Shown here in pieces: positions 61,940 to 64,000 of a DNA stretch of 64,000 nucleotides. The notes beneath the pieces were generated by a model. The model was not told where the DNA came from, searched no databases, and was given only the letters and a program-made list of their open reading frames with translations. The stretch is from Paraspadella gotoi. Taxonomy: Eukaryota; Animalia; Chaetognatha. The position numbers were made by a program, and so were the translations under genes. The DNA is taken from contig CM119263.1 in NCBI GenBank assembly GCA_051294375.1, forward strand, positions 5,268,740 through 5,332,739. The letters are read 5' to 3'. Position 1 is the stretch's first letter. Every line of letters begins with the position of its first letter.

Positions 61940-63239
61940 CGGTTGGAGCTTCGATTATCTAACGAAAAAAAAAGGGAAAAAAGTTATGAGATAAGTTAAA
62001 GAGATCGCGATGAATGCTACAGCAGATGGGGACGCATCGAAACAGATTTCTTTTAAATCGGAAGACCTTTTTTCATTTTTTTAAATTTGTGCAAAAAGAA
62101 AACGAAGAAAGAAAAAAGTATATAACCGCTCGTCAGTTCAGAACAAACATATCGCGGAATAGGATTTATTTTAATATTTCAGATGCGTAACTCAAAAAAA
62201 AAAAAAGAATTAAAAAAAATTGACAATAAGGGCAAAACTGGAATTCGTAAACATTTTTGCACAATAATAGAAAAAACGCAAAATCAATGATGATTTGCAC
62301 GTATTTAAAAATCAAAGAGCAGTAAGCTGCTCGTGACAAGCGGAGAAAAAAATAAATTGCATGGCGATTTTTTAAAAATAAATATGAGGACAAATAAGAT
62401 CCGACGACAAATATTTAAAAATAAACGAAATCGGAAAAGAGACATGGCAATGGATAAAATTGAAATATAAATATATCATGGCCGCTTGAAATGAGATCAT
62501 TGAATTGCGAATTAGTATACCATAACTGCAAGGAGGGATAATCGAAGGAGGGAGGGGATTAAAAGTCGGAAATGAACGTTTGTGGTTCGTACATTCGTTC
62601 ATAGGGGGCAAAGGGGTTGAATGGACAAAGTGTTCCCAGTTATCGCTCCCAATTTTTTTTTGAGAGGGAGCTGGGGAGGGATTGAAGGCGAGAGTTTTTT
62701 TTTTTTAATCCTTTTGAGATTATAAAGAGCTCTGCAGTCTGCAGTACAGTGCAGTACTGTACAGGGTGGTACAGTGCAGGGCTCTGTAATCTGGATGCCG
62801 GATCTATTTTCTTTGGCTTTTCCCGAACTGACCCACGTCTCTCGTTCGGGCCTTTGAGGCGCCAGAGAGATTGGAAGGGGGTCACTTAATTGCAATGGCC
62901 ATTAAAGCGTCTCGCTGGTTTGAAAAGAAGATGGGAACAAAAAGATTAATAATGATCGGTTCCTGGCCGGCCCTCGGAGCGAGGATAATTTATTAATAGT
63001 TTAATTTTTCTGGGTATTTTAATCGTGAAGTTAAGTAAATTTTATAATAATTGCAACTTATTGAGAACCAACTTACCCGGTAATTAATCGTTATCGGCCC
63101 ACAGGGTTATCCAAACGCCAGCCTAAGAACTCAAAATGAACTGAGGATAACTTAAATAGAAGGATGCACGAACGACGATTAAAAATAAATAATATTCGGG
63201 TCGAAGCGAGGACCCGAAAGGGCCTCCCGACTCCCGACT

Positions 63240-64000
63240 TCACAAATCCTTGATGAAGTGCTGCGAGCCTTCGGTGAAGTGAAGTCTCTCGTGACGATTT
63301 CGATTGCTGCTCACGTTGAACCTTCGATGGCAGACTTTGCACTCGTAGGGCGTCGCCGTGGTGTGCACCGTCTTGAGATGGACCTGTAGGTGTCCGTACT
63401 GAGTGAAGGACTTGCCGCACTTGGGACAGGAGCAGGATTTTGGCCCGTGCACGATCTTGATGTGTCTGTTCAGCCTCGCGGCATCGTCGAAGAATCTGTC
63501 GCACTCGATCAAGGGACAACGGAACAGCTCCTCGGCGAAGGGAACTCTGCTCTTCCTTTCCACCGTCTTCTCTATGAACTCAGATTCACCGAAGGACATA
63601 GTGAGGACTTTCAATCTCCCTTCGTCTTCTTCGTCGTCGTCGTCGTCGTCCTCGTCGGAGATGGACTCGGTCAAGGCCAGGTTGTCGTAGACGCTGAAGC
63701 CGCGATCGACGGGCGACGCACTCCGCTCCGGCAGCGGCTGCGTCGTCACAATGTAAAAGCCGTCGCCGTCGGCGGGAAGGAAGAATTCCTCTCCGCCGCC
63801 GACGGGCTGTTCGATCGTCACTCGTTGTTCCTCGAAGTCGAAGTCGGCGGCAATGTCGGCGTAGGAGAGTTCGTGGGAGGAGGTGTCGCTGGAATGGCTC
63901 ATCGACGGATCGCCCGAGGACGAGGCGTCGCTGGAATGGCCCGTAGAGTGTTCCCCCGAGGAGAGTTCGCCGGAAGATGGTTCGGAAGGCGGGGGGTCTT
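63240..64000 (-). CDS. C2H2 zinc-finger protein (three C-terminal fingers); 5' end may lie outside the window
   Basis: CPLIEC..HIKIVH, CPKCGKSF..HLKTVH, CKVCHRRF..HERLH. Confidence 0.88.
   Translation of the reverse strand, partial: DPPPSEPSSGELSSGEHSTGHSSDASSSGDPSMSHSSDTSSHELSYADIAADFDFEEQRVTIEQPVGGGEEFFLPADGDGFYIVTTQPLPERSASPVDRGFSVYDNLALTESISDEDDDDDDEEDEGRLKVLTMSFGESEFIEKTVERKSRVPFAEELFRCPLIECDRFFDDAARLNRHIKIVHGPKSCSCPKCGKSFTQYGHLQVHLKTVHTTATPYECKVCHRRFNVSSNRNRHERLHFTEGSQHFIKDL

Noticed and set aside
229-63690. Numerous plus-strand ORFs in the track (e.g. 38483-39325, 24278-24910, 60620-61249)
   Set aside because: They are antisense shadows of GC-rich minus-strand exons with no recognisable motifs.

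Overview
Gene-dense, intron-containing eukaryotic DNA, most consistent with a compact invertebrate animal genome. I can build 18 protein-coding genes and all lie on the minus strand. From left to right: PGAM5-like, MRPS26, an EF-G-like/SF1-helicase chimera, NGLY1 (partly duplicated), TALPID3-like, ubinuclein, RMDN, MTG/ETO (nervy), chitin synthase, PCED1, cathepsin O, a Cys-rich probably GPI-anchored protein, an SLC25A15-like carrier, LRRC57, SAP130, cyclin Q, an RGG-rich orphan and a partial C2H2 zinc-finger gene. Stop-to-start gaps are mostly about 90-620 nt, and many ATGs follow an unpaired pyrimidine-AG acceptor, which suggests polycistronic operons resolved by SL trans-splicing. The main candidate for a new system is a predicted protein of about 1277 aa (9438-5112). 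It joins a GTPase-dead, probably mitochondrial EF-G/GFM2-like module in frame to an intact Upf1/Sen1-type helicase, directly upstream of MRPS26. Other notable items are two homologous alternative first exons in LRRC57 with different lipidation signals, a Penelope-type hammerhead ribozyme core inside an inverted repeat, and two short mobile-element families with a shared 3' end and visible filled/empty sites. Gene identities come from motifs I recognise, not from database searches, and exon boundaries were read by eye.
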